A stretch of DNA of 64,000 bases from Paragordius varius (lineage: Eukaryota; Animalia; Nematomorpha): assembly GCA_964247055.1 (NCBI GenBank), contig OZ176053.1, forward strand, positions 4,464,001 to 4,528,000, read 5' to 3'. Position 1 is the first letter of the stretch; every line of letters starts with the position of its first letter. The position numbers and the translations under genes are program-made. Positions 35,990-48,521 of the stretch are shown here, piece by piece. Below the pieces are notes generated by a model. It ran no database searches. It was given only the letters and a program-made list of their open reading frames with translations, and was not told where the DNA came from.

Positions 35990-36800
35990 AATGCCTCCCA
36001 TCTAAACTCTTATAGCCCTAGTTGGTCTATTATTACTTTGATACTAAATCTGTTTTAGGCATTACATAATAGTTCTTCCAACCGAATGATTTGTTGTTTG
36101 TTTGATTTCTATCTGTAATTACATTTGAATCCTGAAAAAATTTTCTATCTTAGATAAATTGGCAATCGTTTATCTATTTCTTTGGCACTTAATTTGTTTG
36201 ACAGCCAGTATCATTCTTATAATCTATTTTTTCAACTTATAACATCATTGGAATCTTTCACATTTATGTATCAGCGCAAGATTTCACCGACATTAATACC
36301 TATCATATGTAGAATGAGTTGTTATTATAATTACTTTTAATATTTGTTTGGCAAATTGATCTGGTTTAATGTGTCGGGAGTTAATTTTAAAAGAGCTTTT
36401 TTTAAGTATTATTTGAAATTAAAATTAATTTGCTAGACATCAACCAGACAATAATCGGCCCCTCAAATTGTTGAGTTTTTGCGTTACTGTTGATTTATAA
36501 TTTTCTATAAGACAGATTTCAACGGTAGTAAATAAGCCTTTAAAAAATTTTGTTCTTCTGCACGGTTCTCACGTCTCATTAAAACCGATAATAACTAGTA
36601 CTTTTATTAAAGACTTGTCGTTTTTGGTTTAAAAATATTCTAAGTTGGAATGAGACAAATAATTTTTTATGTTAGGAAATAAGCTAGTCTCTTTAATTTT
36701 TTAGTTTTTTGCTTATTCTCGACTAACATTTAAGCTTTTTTGACTGATCGCTGAAAAAAGCGGGGAATGGGAGGAATGCAGGGGCGAACTTCAAAAGTGA
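35990..36800 (-). pseudogene. Possible decayed Gypsy-type LTR retrotransposon gag/protease remnant
   Basis: Stop-interrupted frame M*KIPMML*VEKIDYKNDTGCQTN*VPKK (DTG at 36212-36204) and gag-like LRGRLLSG at ~36470-36440. No RT, integrase or LTRs seen. Confidence 0.3.
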
Positions 36801-39800
36801 CCTGACTATGATCGATGCATTTACAAATGAAAGAAATCCATTGATGATTGGTGTCATAGGTTTTATGAAAAAATTGAAAGCCAACATTTTAAATTTATAT
36901 CAATCTATAAGTAAATAATTTTATAGCTTAAGCCATTTTAAAAATACCAATAGATAAAGAAATGCGTAAGTAACCTTATCGATACTATTTTTTTTTATAA
37001 TTATAATTACACGGAATAAAATTAGAATATTTAAATATTTAAGGATAGCTAAAAAATAAGACCGAAATTTATCAATTTTAAAATTTTGTAGAATTGTTGA
37101 AAACGTCTTGGGTAACTTTATGTGGTTCAGATTAGGTTCCTAGCCTTTGCTACGACCATCTTATCATCTATTTCTCATTCATCCCTGCAAATGTTATTTT
37201 ATGTTTATGGGCTATCCATGCATAAATCCTGAGAAGAAATTGTTAGCAACGGTACATATACAAATAAACCTATGAATTAATTGGCTTGAGTTTAATAGCT
37301 TAACCATGACGAAAAATCTATTATTCATTTAATATATTTATTAATTTTCATGATTTATATAGATGCGAATGTTAATTCAACAACCACCAATTAATTGTGT
37401 TTTATATATAAATGTTATACTCGAATGTGGCGAAAAAAGGAAGCTGGCTTCATTACATATCATAAATCTTGTCGGAATTTTGTATTATTTAAATTAAATA
37501 AAATAATGGACACAAATGTATAAGTAAAATGGTAGGATAGATTTAGTAAGCCTTGATTGTAAAAAGCTCCTTAAAAGCCTCGAAATTCCTTAATTCCAAA
37601 AAAATGCTGTAAATTAACATCCCAGCATTTTTTTAATTTAGAATTTTTTGCTTTCCTTTTAAGAAATTATTTATAATATTAATATTTATTTATGGCTTCC
37701 TTTTTTTTGTTTGAAGTCAAAAAACTTTAGCGCACGCCGTCAAAGTTATTGAAGAGGCAAAAAAATACATCATAAATTTCCGTCTCTCTAACTCAAATTT
37801 TGTCTGCAATTTTTAATTAATTTTAATCCATTTGTTAACAAAAAGGATTCTTAGCCTTGATTAACTAGCTCAAATTTAAACTGTATTTAAAATTTCACAT
37901 CTTTGAAAAAGAGTGGAATTTACATGTACTTTTGCGGCGCTAAATTTCAATCAAAAAAAGTAAATATCTGATTTTGCCCAAATAAGTATTAGGATAATAT
38001 TATATAGCTCTTAAAAATTTAATTATTATTATGTGCCACCAAAAAGAAAAGAAAATCATTAAAAAATATTTTAATGCCATAATGTTACAAATTGGAAAAT
38101 TTTTTTTTGAACTGCTACCTTTTTATGCAAAACTAATTAACATACCTTTTTATGTATTTGTCGGTGTTTAATGCGTAAAAAATAATTAAGTTTTAACTGA
38201 ATTCGGCTCTTTTTTTAAATAAATTTGTAATTAATGAAAAAGTTCCACTTTCTAATAATAATTGCGTTTATTTAAAGACATAAAAAATTAACTAATCTTT
38301 GCAAACATTAACCAAAAAACTGATTTTAAATATTAGATGCTATTGAGGAACATTAAACGAAAAACCTAGTAATATATACTCTAATATCTTGGTTTTTTGG
38401 GGTCAGCCCCAATCTTTAAAAATTGGAAATTAAAGATCAACATATAAGGTTTACCCTTTCAAAAATCTATAATTTGATTATTTATAAAGCAGACCCCTTA
38501 CCATAATGACCGCAGCGAAAATACGTAGCTTTGGTAAAAGATAGTAATTTCATTAAATATTTGATTTTTCTATAATATATTATAATACTAGTTAGTATAT
38601 TATAATATTTCATCTTATTCTCCAAACATATAATTTAAAAACTATAATAAATTTTTTATTTTTGGAGCTCCAAATGACACGCATACTTTGGGAAGGTTAA
38701 CCGTCCACCTTCAAACCATTATAGCTTTTAAAAATATGACTTTGTTTTAAAGTCGTAAAAATGCATGATCATCCATAGGCTCATTTATTTATAGGCATGG
38801 TATATTTAAATAATTGTGCTTAGCTCAGGCAAAATTATATAATTGTTTTACGTTTAAACAAATAAAATATATAATATAGAAAATTTTGCACAAACTACTG
38901 GTTTATAAATGGATTTAATGCTAAACTCAATGAGCCATGTGACATTTTAGATATTAGTTTTTTTCCTCGTGTCATCATTATCTAAAATGTATTATGAAAA
39001 TGATAATAATTTAATTAAATTTAAATATTAAAACAGAATACATGTGGGGATATAAAAATATTTGTTTAGGCGTAACGAGTAAATTAGAAATTTTGGATTC
39101 AAATCACGTTTTTAGAAAACGGCATAATTTTGTTAATGTATGGTGGTTGCATTTTAGTAGGACAGAAACTAAAAAATTTTTTTATTAAAAGCAATGATTT
39201 AGTATTTGCCATTTCGGGCTAAAACTTTATCTTATTTTTTAGAGACATTCATTTTATATTTAAGTAATTTTGTCTTTTATTAGTATATGAGCATCAAAGA
39301 AGGTTTATTGTACTTACAAACAAATATTTTTTTATTTAATATATATAATAATTGATATTGATTTCTCAATTAGCGTGACTAACCAAAGACCTCCTTAAAA
39401 AAACTAAAATATTTTCAATTTAAAACTAAAAATTTTTTTAGATGCGGATCTTAAACTCTCCTTTAAAACCAAAAAAGATGGTAAGAATTTACTAACAAAA
39501 AAAGTATTCTATCAAAATTTTATGTTTTAAAATTGTTTGAGATGCGATTATTATGTTAAAAATATATATAATTGAAAATACTGTTATATATTTTTTAAAC
39601 TTCACTGAAACAAATATCATAAAAATTTGGTCCGATTTTATAGTTATTTGTCACATAATCAGAAATATTTTTAACCTTGTAAAATTGAATACATTATAAT
39701 TCAATATTAAATTTCTGTATTGTTTATATTTTATTTTAAAAAGCTTTTGCAATCCCCCTGAGAAAAAGAATATTATACAATATATAATATTAAATTATGC

Positions 39801-41817
39801 CAACTTTACATTTAAACCGTTTTTTAATCCATTATCCTGAAACTTAATTGAGTGTTTGTTAACTAATAATTATAAAATAATAAAATTTAATATGTCTTTC
39901 CCATATAAATATGCAATAGTGTAACAACTTTCATACGGGTGTAAATTTGGAATTTTGTCATTATAAATAATTAAACAAAGGATTACACCTTATATAATTT
40001 TGCTTTTTGACTGATTTTAGTCAATTTTTTTAAAAAATTGTTTTGTATACCTATTAAGATATTGTATATAAATGTGAAAAAAGTTGTCCAAAGCACTATG
40101 ATTAGAGGTCGTTTTAGGGTATATTTAACTGATACTCTAAACCTCAGCACTGATGCCTTCGATTCTGATTAAAATCGCCATTTTTTTAATCATTTATAAT
40201 ATTTAAACCATATCATATTTGTACTTCAAGTAAATGTAAATCTTCTGAACTAACAAATCTTTGGTTTAAAATTTATAATTAAAACTACTCCTGTATATCA
40301 TAAAATTGTAAAACTCAAATTACATTTTTTTTCATTTTGAATGTGTTTTTAAGGGTTTCGGACTTGCAATGAGTACACACATATATATATATATATATAT
40401 ATATGTATAAAGAGTGGGCGGTGCTTTGAAAAACATTTTGTTTTATGTGTTAAAATCACTCTTGAAAAAAATTATTTTTATATAGTGAAATAAAAATTTC
40501 CCATAACTTTTACTTTTTGTAGATGTGTTGTTGATCAAATATTTACATATAAATAAATTTGCTAATATAATAAAATAAGCGTTTATAATTGTTATTAAGT
40601 ACTTATAATTCAAATGTATGTTTTTACATGTAAGACAGTATGTCTAGGACCCCCAAATATTTTAATTACATATATCAATATGAATTTATTAATTATTAAC
40701 AAAAGATATTTATTTTTCTCACATAATCATCAATATATTACTAAAACAATATTTATTTACCTGTAATCTTACAATTATATATTAATATTTAAATAGGTTT
40801 GCAAAAGTTTTTGAAAATATGAAAAATAGTTTATCCATGTGTGTCAATATTTATATTTCCGATTAAAAATAATTTAATACGTACATCGTTTTAAATATAT
40901 ATTAAAATTGTTTAAAAAACATTATAAATTTAAATAAAATATATTCAGGTTAATACTAAAACAATTTTTGAGATTCAATTATTTTCAATGGAGAAAGTTA
41001 ACCACAAGAATAAAATATAAAATTTGTCAGAGGCTTAATACGATAATCGCTGACCGCCACTTTTAGTATTATGCTTCAAAAAAGTCATAATTATTTATTA
41101 ACTTCTCTCTATTTCTTTCTCTTTCAAACATTTGAACATAACCAAATAATATACCAATTTTTTATAGGATTATATCTTTGTATATCCATTCATAAATATT
41201 CAAAAGTAGCGACAAAGGCACTTTAAAAAAATCAAATAAATGTACGTCCTTCGCTGGAAATATCAGCATTTAGCTAACAATAAATGTTTAAAGCTTTTAA
41301 ATTAAAGCATTACCATAACAACAAAAATTATTATAAGAAATTTAAATATTTTGGCACAACATTTTACCATAAACAATTTATTTTATGATGGAATGATTAT
41401 AATTTTTGATACTCATCATGTAATAAATAATTGGTTAACTATACATGATTCGTTTTATTGGTAATCGGAAAGAGCCATTATATAATAATTTGAAATATAA
41501 AACCAATTTGCATATATGTATAAAACAAAATTTAGCAATTAAACGGATTTATACTAAAGCAATTACAATAATGACACATAAAAGTAATGTGATCATCAGC
41601 TGATATTCGCACATAATGTTATAAATTCGTCAAAAACAACATATATAAATGTATATAAAAGTTATAGTTTGCTAAAGGTAGTTGCCCTAAGTTTATTTTG
41701 TACTTTGATATACATTTACATTTTACCTGATAATGTATATTATGTCCATTTGTATTTTTTTTTATACAAAAAAAATAAAACCAAACCAAATTATCGATCT
41801 GTATATGAGGGAACATC

Positions 41818-41920
41818 TAGGCAAAAATTCTGTTTTTGCCTAACCAGAGATTTTTTACCTTACCTGTGTAAATCTCTGCCTATTAAATATTATTTATAGA
41901 ATTATATGCGCATTTTGCGC
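41818..41920. other. Cluster of three perfect hairpins
   Basis: TAGGCAAAAA-N5-TTTTTGCCTA (41818-41842), CAGAGATTT-N16-AAATCTCTG (41845-41878) and GCGCA-TTT-TGCGC (41908-41920). Confidence 0.75.
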
Positions 41921-43224
41921 CTACCTGTTGATGTGTACTCTGTGTTATAGTTAAAGTACAAAAAACTAAAAAAAATGAACAAATATATGCCTTGCTATAT
42001 TGGTTTACACAATCATCTATTGTCTATTGTAAAATATGTTGAGAAAAAAATATTTAGTTTGCTAACTCATCTTGAAATTTAACGATTACAATTTTTCTTA
42101 ATTTGCCTTCTAGTAACATAAATATAAAATTATGACACGTGTTTTTTTGTGGGCTCAAGTCGATAAAACTGGCCATTTTTAAGAAAAAATTTAACCGAAA
42201 TGCGTTAACAAATTATATAAAAATTGTTAAAACTCTTTTTTATTTTAAATATTTTAGGGTGTTTTTTAGTTTTGGGTAACATTATAGGCTTACATATGTT
42301 TCATGGTTAAACAGAATAATTCTATCCCGACCCAATAGCTCTCTATGGAACTGTTGTAAACTAAAAGCCCTCAAAGCGGTTTCAGAACACAATGATTTAA
42401 GAAGTTTTTATTTTTTTATTTTTTAATATTAATTAATTTTTTTAATTTAATAAAATGATATTACAATTTTAAATAGGTATAACAGCAAATATTATGCTGC
42501 TATATGGTTAATTATCGAAACTTATTTAAAAAGAGATGGAATAGCCAAAGCTTAATGGAATCGGAACATAAAACGGTTAAAAGTTTTACATTTTAATCAA
42601 AATAATCTTAGAAATGCATATTGGCAATCTAACTTTAACATGTCCTTTTTTACAAAATGTTATATAACTAAAGATAAGAGAAAGATATATACGAACAGTT
42701 ACAAATATGATTTAAATATAGAGGTATCATAGCATAAATATATATTTATTAAATTGGATAAGGCCTATAAAAAATAGCTATTTTATTTGTAAAAATTTAA
42801 TATTCAACTTTTACCACAAATGCCTCATATTTATTTAAACCAAAGTCCACCAGAAAAATTAATTTAACTTTTTTTTTGATAAAATGTAAATTTTTATATG
42901 CATAAATAAATTTTATTGCCGGTTTTTGAAGAATATAATATATATTTCTCATAAACATAAATTATGAAATATTTCAGATTAAAATATTTGCATTGTGCAT
43001 ATGTTACCATGTAAATTTGAATAAAATTTTCATTTTTAAATTCACATGGTGTAAAATAATATATATCATAAATTATGGTTTTGAAACAATCGTGCATGCT
43101 ATGCTACATCCATAAAACAAATTATTATTGCCAAAATTAGAAATTATATAAATAATTCTTTTATTAGTATTAATGTTAAGGCAAACTTTCCTATTTAACG
43201 ATTTATTAAAACAATAATTTTAGA

Positions 43225-43505
43225 CAGGAGTGTCCAACATATAATCGGGGCTGCGTTTTTGCATGAAAGATCCGGCTGGTCGCAACTGAAAAATATATGG
43301 GCTTCAACATATATTTTATTAGGTTTTTGACCTAATAATGTAAAAATAACTATTTATTTTTAATTTTTTGCCAGTTCATTGACAAAATTCGGGAATATTT
43401 ACCAGAAATTTTGTTTAAAAAAATAATTTTTTTTCATAGATTTCCTAAAATTTTGTATCTGAATTTCTCGCGGACCGCGGAATTTTTTCATATTGAACAC
43501 CCCTG
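43225..43505. mobile_element. hAT (Buster/Charlie-like) MITE, 281 bp
   Basis: TIRs CAGGAGTGTCCAACAT / ATATTGAACACCCCTG. The 8-bp flanks ATTTTAGA / ATTTAAAA match at 6 of 8 positions. Confidence 0.72.
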
Positions 43506-43772
43506 ATTTAAAATGAAGCCTAAGCAATTATAAAGAACCATCATCTACCACAAGAAATATATGGGCTAAGTGTCAATTTTTGAGATAATCCAATAGCACT
43601 CATGACTCCTTGTAAATTTATGTTTAATTAATAAAACATCAAAATATTGGGTAAAAAAAATGAAATTATACAAGCGAATAAGAAGCAAACAATATTTCTT
43701 ATCAATCTTGATTTTTATGCAACATATCGTTTTGGATTCCAAAATAAAAGTAGAAATAATTACATTATATTA

Positions 43773-43936
43773 CAGTGTGAGTAAGTATATATTGGTAAAA
43801 AATTATTAATTATTGCCAAATAGCATTAGCAGCATGGCTAATAATAGTGAAAAGTGAAAAAAGTAACTATAAACCAATAATACTGCTATTTGTTGTATAT
43901 GCTACGCAATAATTAATAACTTTCTAGCAATGTATA
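43773..43936. mobile_element. Tc1/mariner MITE, second inverted copy truncated at one TIR
   Basis: TA|CAGTGTGAGTAAGTATA start. The body matches the reverse complement of 17221-17391. Confidence 0.72.
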
Positions 43937-46341
43937 ATACATTATATTATGTAGTTTATGTAATTCAAAGTATTTAAAAATATGGTACCTTTTAAAAAAA
44001 TGTCTTTTAGGTTTTTTATGTTTTGTTTGTATAATTATAAATTTTACCATATTAAAAATAAGTATGGAAAGCATATAATTGGTTAAATTTAAATTTGAAG
44101 ATTCCTCGTATTATGGTTATAACCCTGAATAAACTCATTCGAAATCGGTCAGTTATGGTAAATTTTGTCACGCATTTTAAACCTACCCTATTAGCCGTTT
44201 TATATGATAAATTTAATAAAATGAATTGCATATGTTTAATTAATTTCATTTATTGATATAAAGTGGTTATTTAAAATATCTGCAAATCTTTCATACAAAG
44301 GATACAATTAAATTATATTAAACATTAATTTTAATTCCCTTAATTTTGATATATAATTTATATGAGATGGTTTTTGTTCTTTTAACACAACTGCCAGCCA
44401 GAATATAATGGTTGTCATCAGTGACCAAATGTGCCAAAATTATGTAAAAAGGCAGTCATAATTCAAAGCGTTATTATTATTTTAATATATGGTAAATGCA
44501 CAATCTATAAAAAGATTTTCAGTTAAATGTGCTTCTAACCTGTGGACACTAATAAATTATTAGTAATTTAATTTTCTGATGTTTAAGAGATTCCTTTTCA
44601 AAAACCAAAAGCACACATCATTATAATATTATATTAATAATAATAGGATTAATATGCGGGAAATTATAAATTGCACGATATCATAAATATTAAAAATATA
44701 TGATTATAAGTTTGCATAGGAGTAACCATCCTCCTTGCATTTAAATATAATATTATTAAACAAAAATATATTTTTTATTATAATAACGGTCGCATGATAA
44801 TTATTTACCAACTAAAACTAATTTAAAGTCATTAGCGGAAGCGCTAAGTGAATTGTAAAATTAGTTAAGATTTTTCGCAAACATTCATCAATGTTAGTTT
44901 TGGAAAATGTCTTCAATTAAATTTAATTAAATATAAAAAAATCCCATATAAATAATATATCATCCTTTGGAGGGGGAATATTCTAAATCCTATTTTTTGC
45001 ATAATATTAATTTTTTAAATATATATGTAATTCTTTTCTAGCCTGAGTGATATAAATTATATTTTGGAGACATATATCAAAAATTTAAGGGATTTCTTCC
45101 CCAGAAAAAAACAACAAGTTCATGCTTATAGTATATTTATTGCAATATGATTTCAGCCCATATTTTCTTTTTCTGGCGACATATTGACTCCATATTGTAA
45201 TAATATGTAAAATATTGGTTTTTTACTCATCATAATCTATCTATATATATACTTGTAAAAGATTTGTGATAGTCTTGTTTTGGCTATTTTACATTTATAT
45301 ATATTAGATAATTCTGAAAAGTTTGGAATATACCATACAATATTTGATATAAAAAAACCCTCATAAATCTATATTAAATTTTTTTATGCAGATTTTATAC
45401 CAGAAACATTAGCTTTTCGTGATCAGGAGGAGGGGGACAGTTAATGTAAGGGTCTGAGTACGACATTAGAAAAAGGACAAAAATAGTAATGGTATGCAGA
45501 TATAGTTACTTTTTTTGTTTAATATATTTAATTTTGATTTATGTCTAAGATAAGGAAAGGAAATCAAAATAAAATCACAAATTTATATGTGTACCCATGA
45601 TTTTTTTTCATTAGGAGTTTAAACTATAGATAAAATATCTGTTTTTTCCCTTTATTATTATCATTATATCTTATAGTATAATTGTCCATTGTTTTTTTGG
45701 TTAAAACCCATAGAACATACTAATCGCATTAGTATGATTACATTCTCAACAAATCTTAAAATAAAAATCTTAAAAACAAAATCTTAACCCCTTTTTTTCG
45801 TCTTCTCATAAATAATTAACTTTTAGTAATTAAATTTATTTCGTTATTACTGCTTCTTCGAAATAAATGTCTGGTTACAAAAATTAAAAAATATATCTAT
45901 AGAGAATGTTTCTGCCTACTTTTAATAAGCCATTTTCCAGCGTTGAAGTTAGTTTTATGGTATCTTTAAATTATTATTTTTTTCTTTAAGTTATTATAAA
46001 AGAAAATTAGTCATTGAGAAAAATTAAAGTTCAATAATTTTTTATTTTTCCCACCGATAAAGGTTTGACTAAAAGATATCATAATATAATTCATAATAAT
46101 TTAAAGTTTTTTTGATATTGGAATCATGGAATAATCACAATATCCTCGTCGACTTTATGATAAATTTTATTATATTTGTATAAATTCCCTATCCGCACTG
46201 ACCTGTGAAATATTGTACCTATATGTTAGTATAAAACAAATATATATATATGTTTGAAACATATCTTATCATTTGAAACTGAATCGTTTTAATGTATTAT
46301 ATGATATCCAGAGAATTTATACAAAAATGATATTTTTTGAA

Positions 46342-46372
<31 letters not shown>

Positions 46373-48521
46373 GACTTATAGTTTTCAATTTGTTAATTTT
46401 TTGTTAAAATTAGATATAATATGTTTCAAGCTTCGCCTACTTTCATACAAACCACTTTAATGTATATCACACAGTTTCGATTTAAATTTAAAAAGTTAAC
46501 ATTTTAGTAGTTTAATAATAATTTACATATTTTTATTAAGAAAATTTGTTCAAAAATTTCAACGGCAAATCAACATTGATAAGTTATTATACCCATCATT
46601 TACATACATTTTAAGAGCGAAAAAGATAGATGTAGAGGGACTAAGCATGAAAATTCCGTTAGAGTTTTTATCAAGATTTGAACTTTGGTCTAGTTTAACT
46701 AAACTTTATGATTTCGCCTTTTCACCATAAAATTCAATGAATTCACTCTCACTATTCATGGTTCATTGGAAACTAAATCTTTTTATGAGTACAACATTTT
46801 TGAATGGACAAATTTTAGAGATAATAAAATGTTGTTATAATTTTTTGCTTTTTTTTCCACGAGACAAGAAAAATGATAGTAAAATTTAAATATATCATTG
46901 TAGTTAAAAAAAATTGTATCTAACCTATAAAATGTAATCATTACAATGAATTTTACATTATTTTGAGTTTCAACTAAACTTCGAAAAGAAAGGTAAATAA
47001 GCCAATCTAATTTGATAAATCGAACTAAATAAACCCGCAATTCTTAAGTCTTGACATATCCTAAGCTAAAAGGAATTGTAAAATTTTTTCAATACAGACG
47101 ACACAAAATGCATTTAACATCCGAGTATTTTTTTCACATATAAAAATTAATCAACCATCATTTCGCATGGCAGTGCGAATTGTGAAATTATATTTTTTCA
47201 CGGTTAAATATATGATATTTATAATATGGTGATTTTTAATTGTATCCCTCCTAACGAAAATGTACTTACTTTACACATATATAATTTGTAATAGGGGAAA
47301 ATCAGAATTTTTAATATTTTTATTATCATTATATCATTTAATAATTTTCGTTATCATTTATAGTAAAATTTATGTTTTATTTTAGGTTTTGGCTTATCTA
47401 AAATGGAATTTTGCAACGATGTATTTGCATTTACATATTTTAGCTCTGATTCCAATCCTTATCTATATATAGCGTATATTAAATTTAATTACAACTGTAC
47501 AATATATGATAATAGTAAAAATTGACATGATTTTTATGATATATGCTTTTGTATATAGTATATGTTAGAGACCCTGCCTGTGTGTTAGTGTCACACACAT
47601 TATATATTTATATATATATTTCTATAAAACATTTAACAAATATTTTTTTCATCCTTTTTTCCCCTAATCAAATAATAATAATCACAAAATTACAATTTGG
47701 TTACTACGAGGATATATCTACGAATAATATAACACTTGTTATCACATCATCGACATTCTATTAAAATATTATATATTTTTTGATTTGATTGCATAAATAT
47801 TTTTGTGTTTTATCATAATTTTAAGTCACAAAAAATTTGTTATTACCATCTCTTATCTTTTGTTGAATATTTTATAAATATACAACACACACACACACAC
47901 CTGAACAAATTACATATTCCTCGATTTCTGACCATTATTACTAATCAGTCAATATTATCAATTTTTTATCAATTCCACACAATTTGCATCTACAAAACGC
48001 ATATTGTTTTATCTTTGAGAAGATACTTATTTTATTACAAAGTATAGCATAATATAATGTGGGTTAGCACCACACCGTCCCTTTTTACTGTAATAAAAAA
48101 TATTTTTAACCATTTTTAATCTCGTAAAAATTTTAACTTTTTATAAATTAGTAAAATTTCAAAACGATTACGTTTGCCTCACAAATAATTATGATTGGGA
48201 TATTCTCACCTATATTTTTTGCATTCTTTTTGGTCGCCCAAATATATTTGATAAAAGCATCGGATTTATTACTCATAAGAGCTCAGTGTGAATCAAAATG
48301 TTTACATTCCTATGCCCAAATAGTAAGATTTAATAAATAATATTTTATTAATGTTTAAATTTTTTTTAATTATAGCATGCTCAATAACATTAATAATCAA
48401 TTGAGCTTTTTATCACAAAATTTAACGGGGATGATATTATCTTTTTCATGATTTAATAGTTCAAAGGAGAATAAATTTGTTTAATGTGAAAAATAAAATA
48501 TGTTGAAACGATTAGTTTCAG

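Noticed and set aside
37146-37165. 5S rRNA-like start GCTACGACCAT
   Set aside because: Similarity ends after about 11 nt; no internal A/C boxes.
44385-44430. Hammerhead core CTGATGA on the minus strand
   Set aside because: No GAAA after the possible stem II and no stem I/III pairing.
37000-48400. Numerous 60-85 aa ORFs in the gene-poor region and in anosmin introns
   Set aside because: Ile/Tyr/Phe/Lys-rich low-complexity translations expected from ~75-80% AT DNA.
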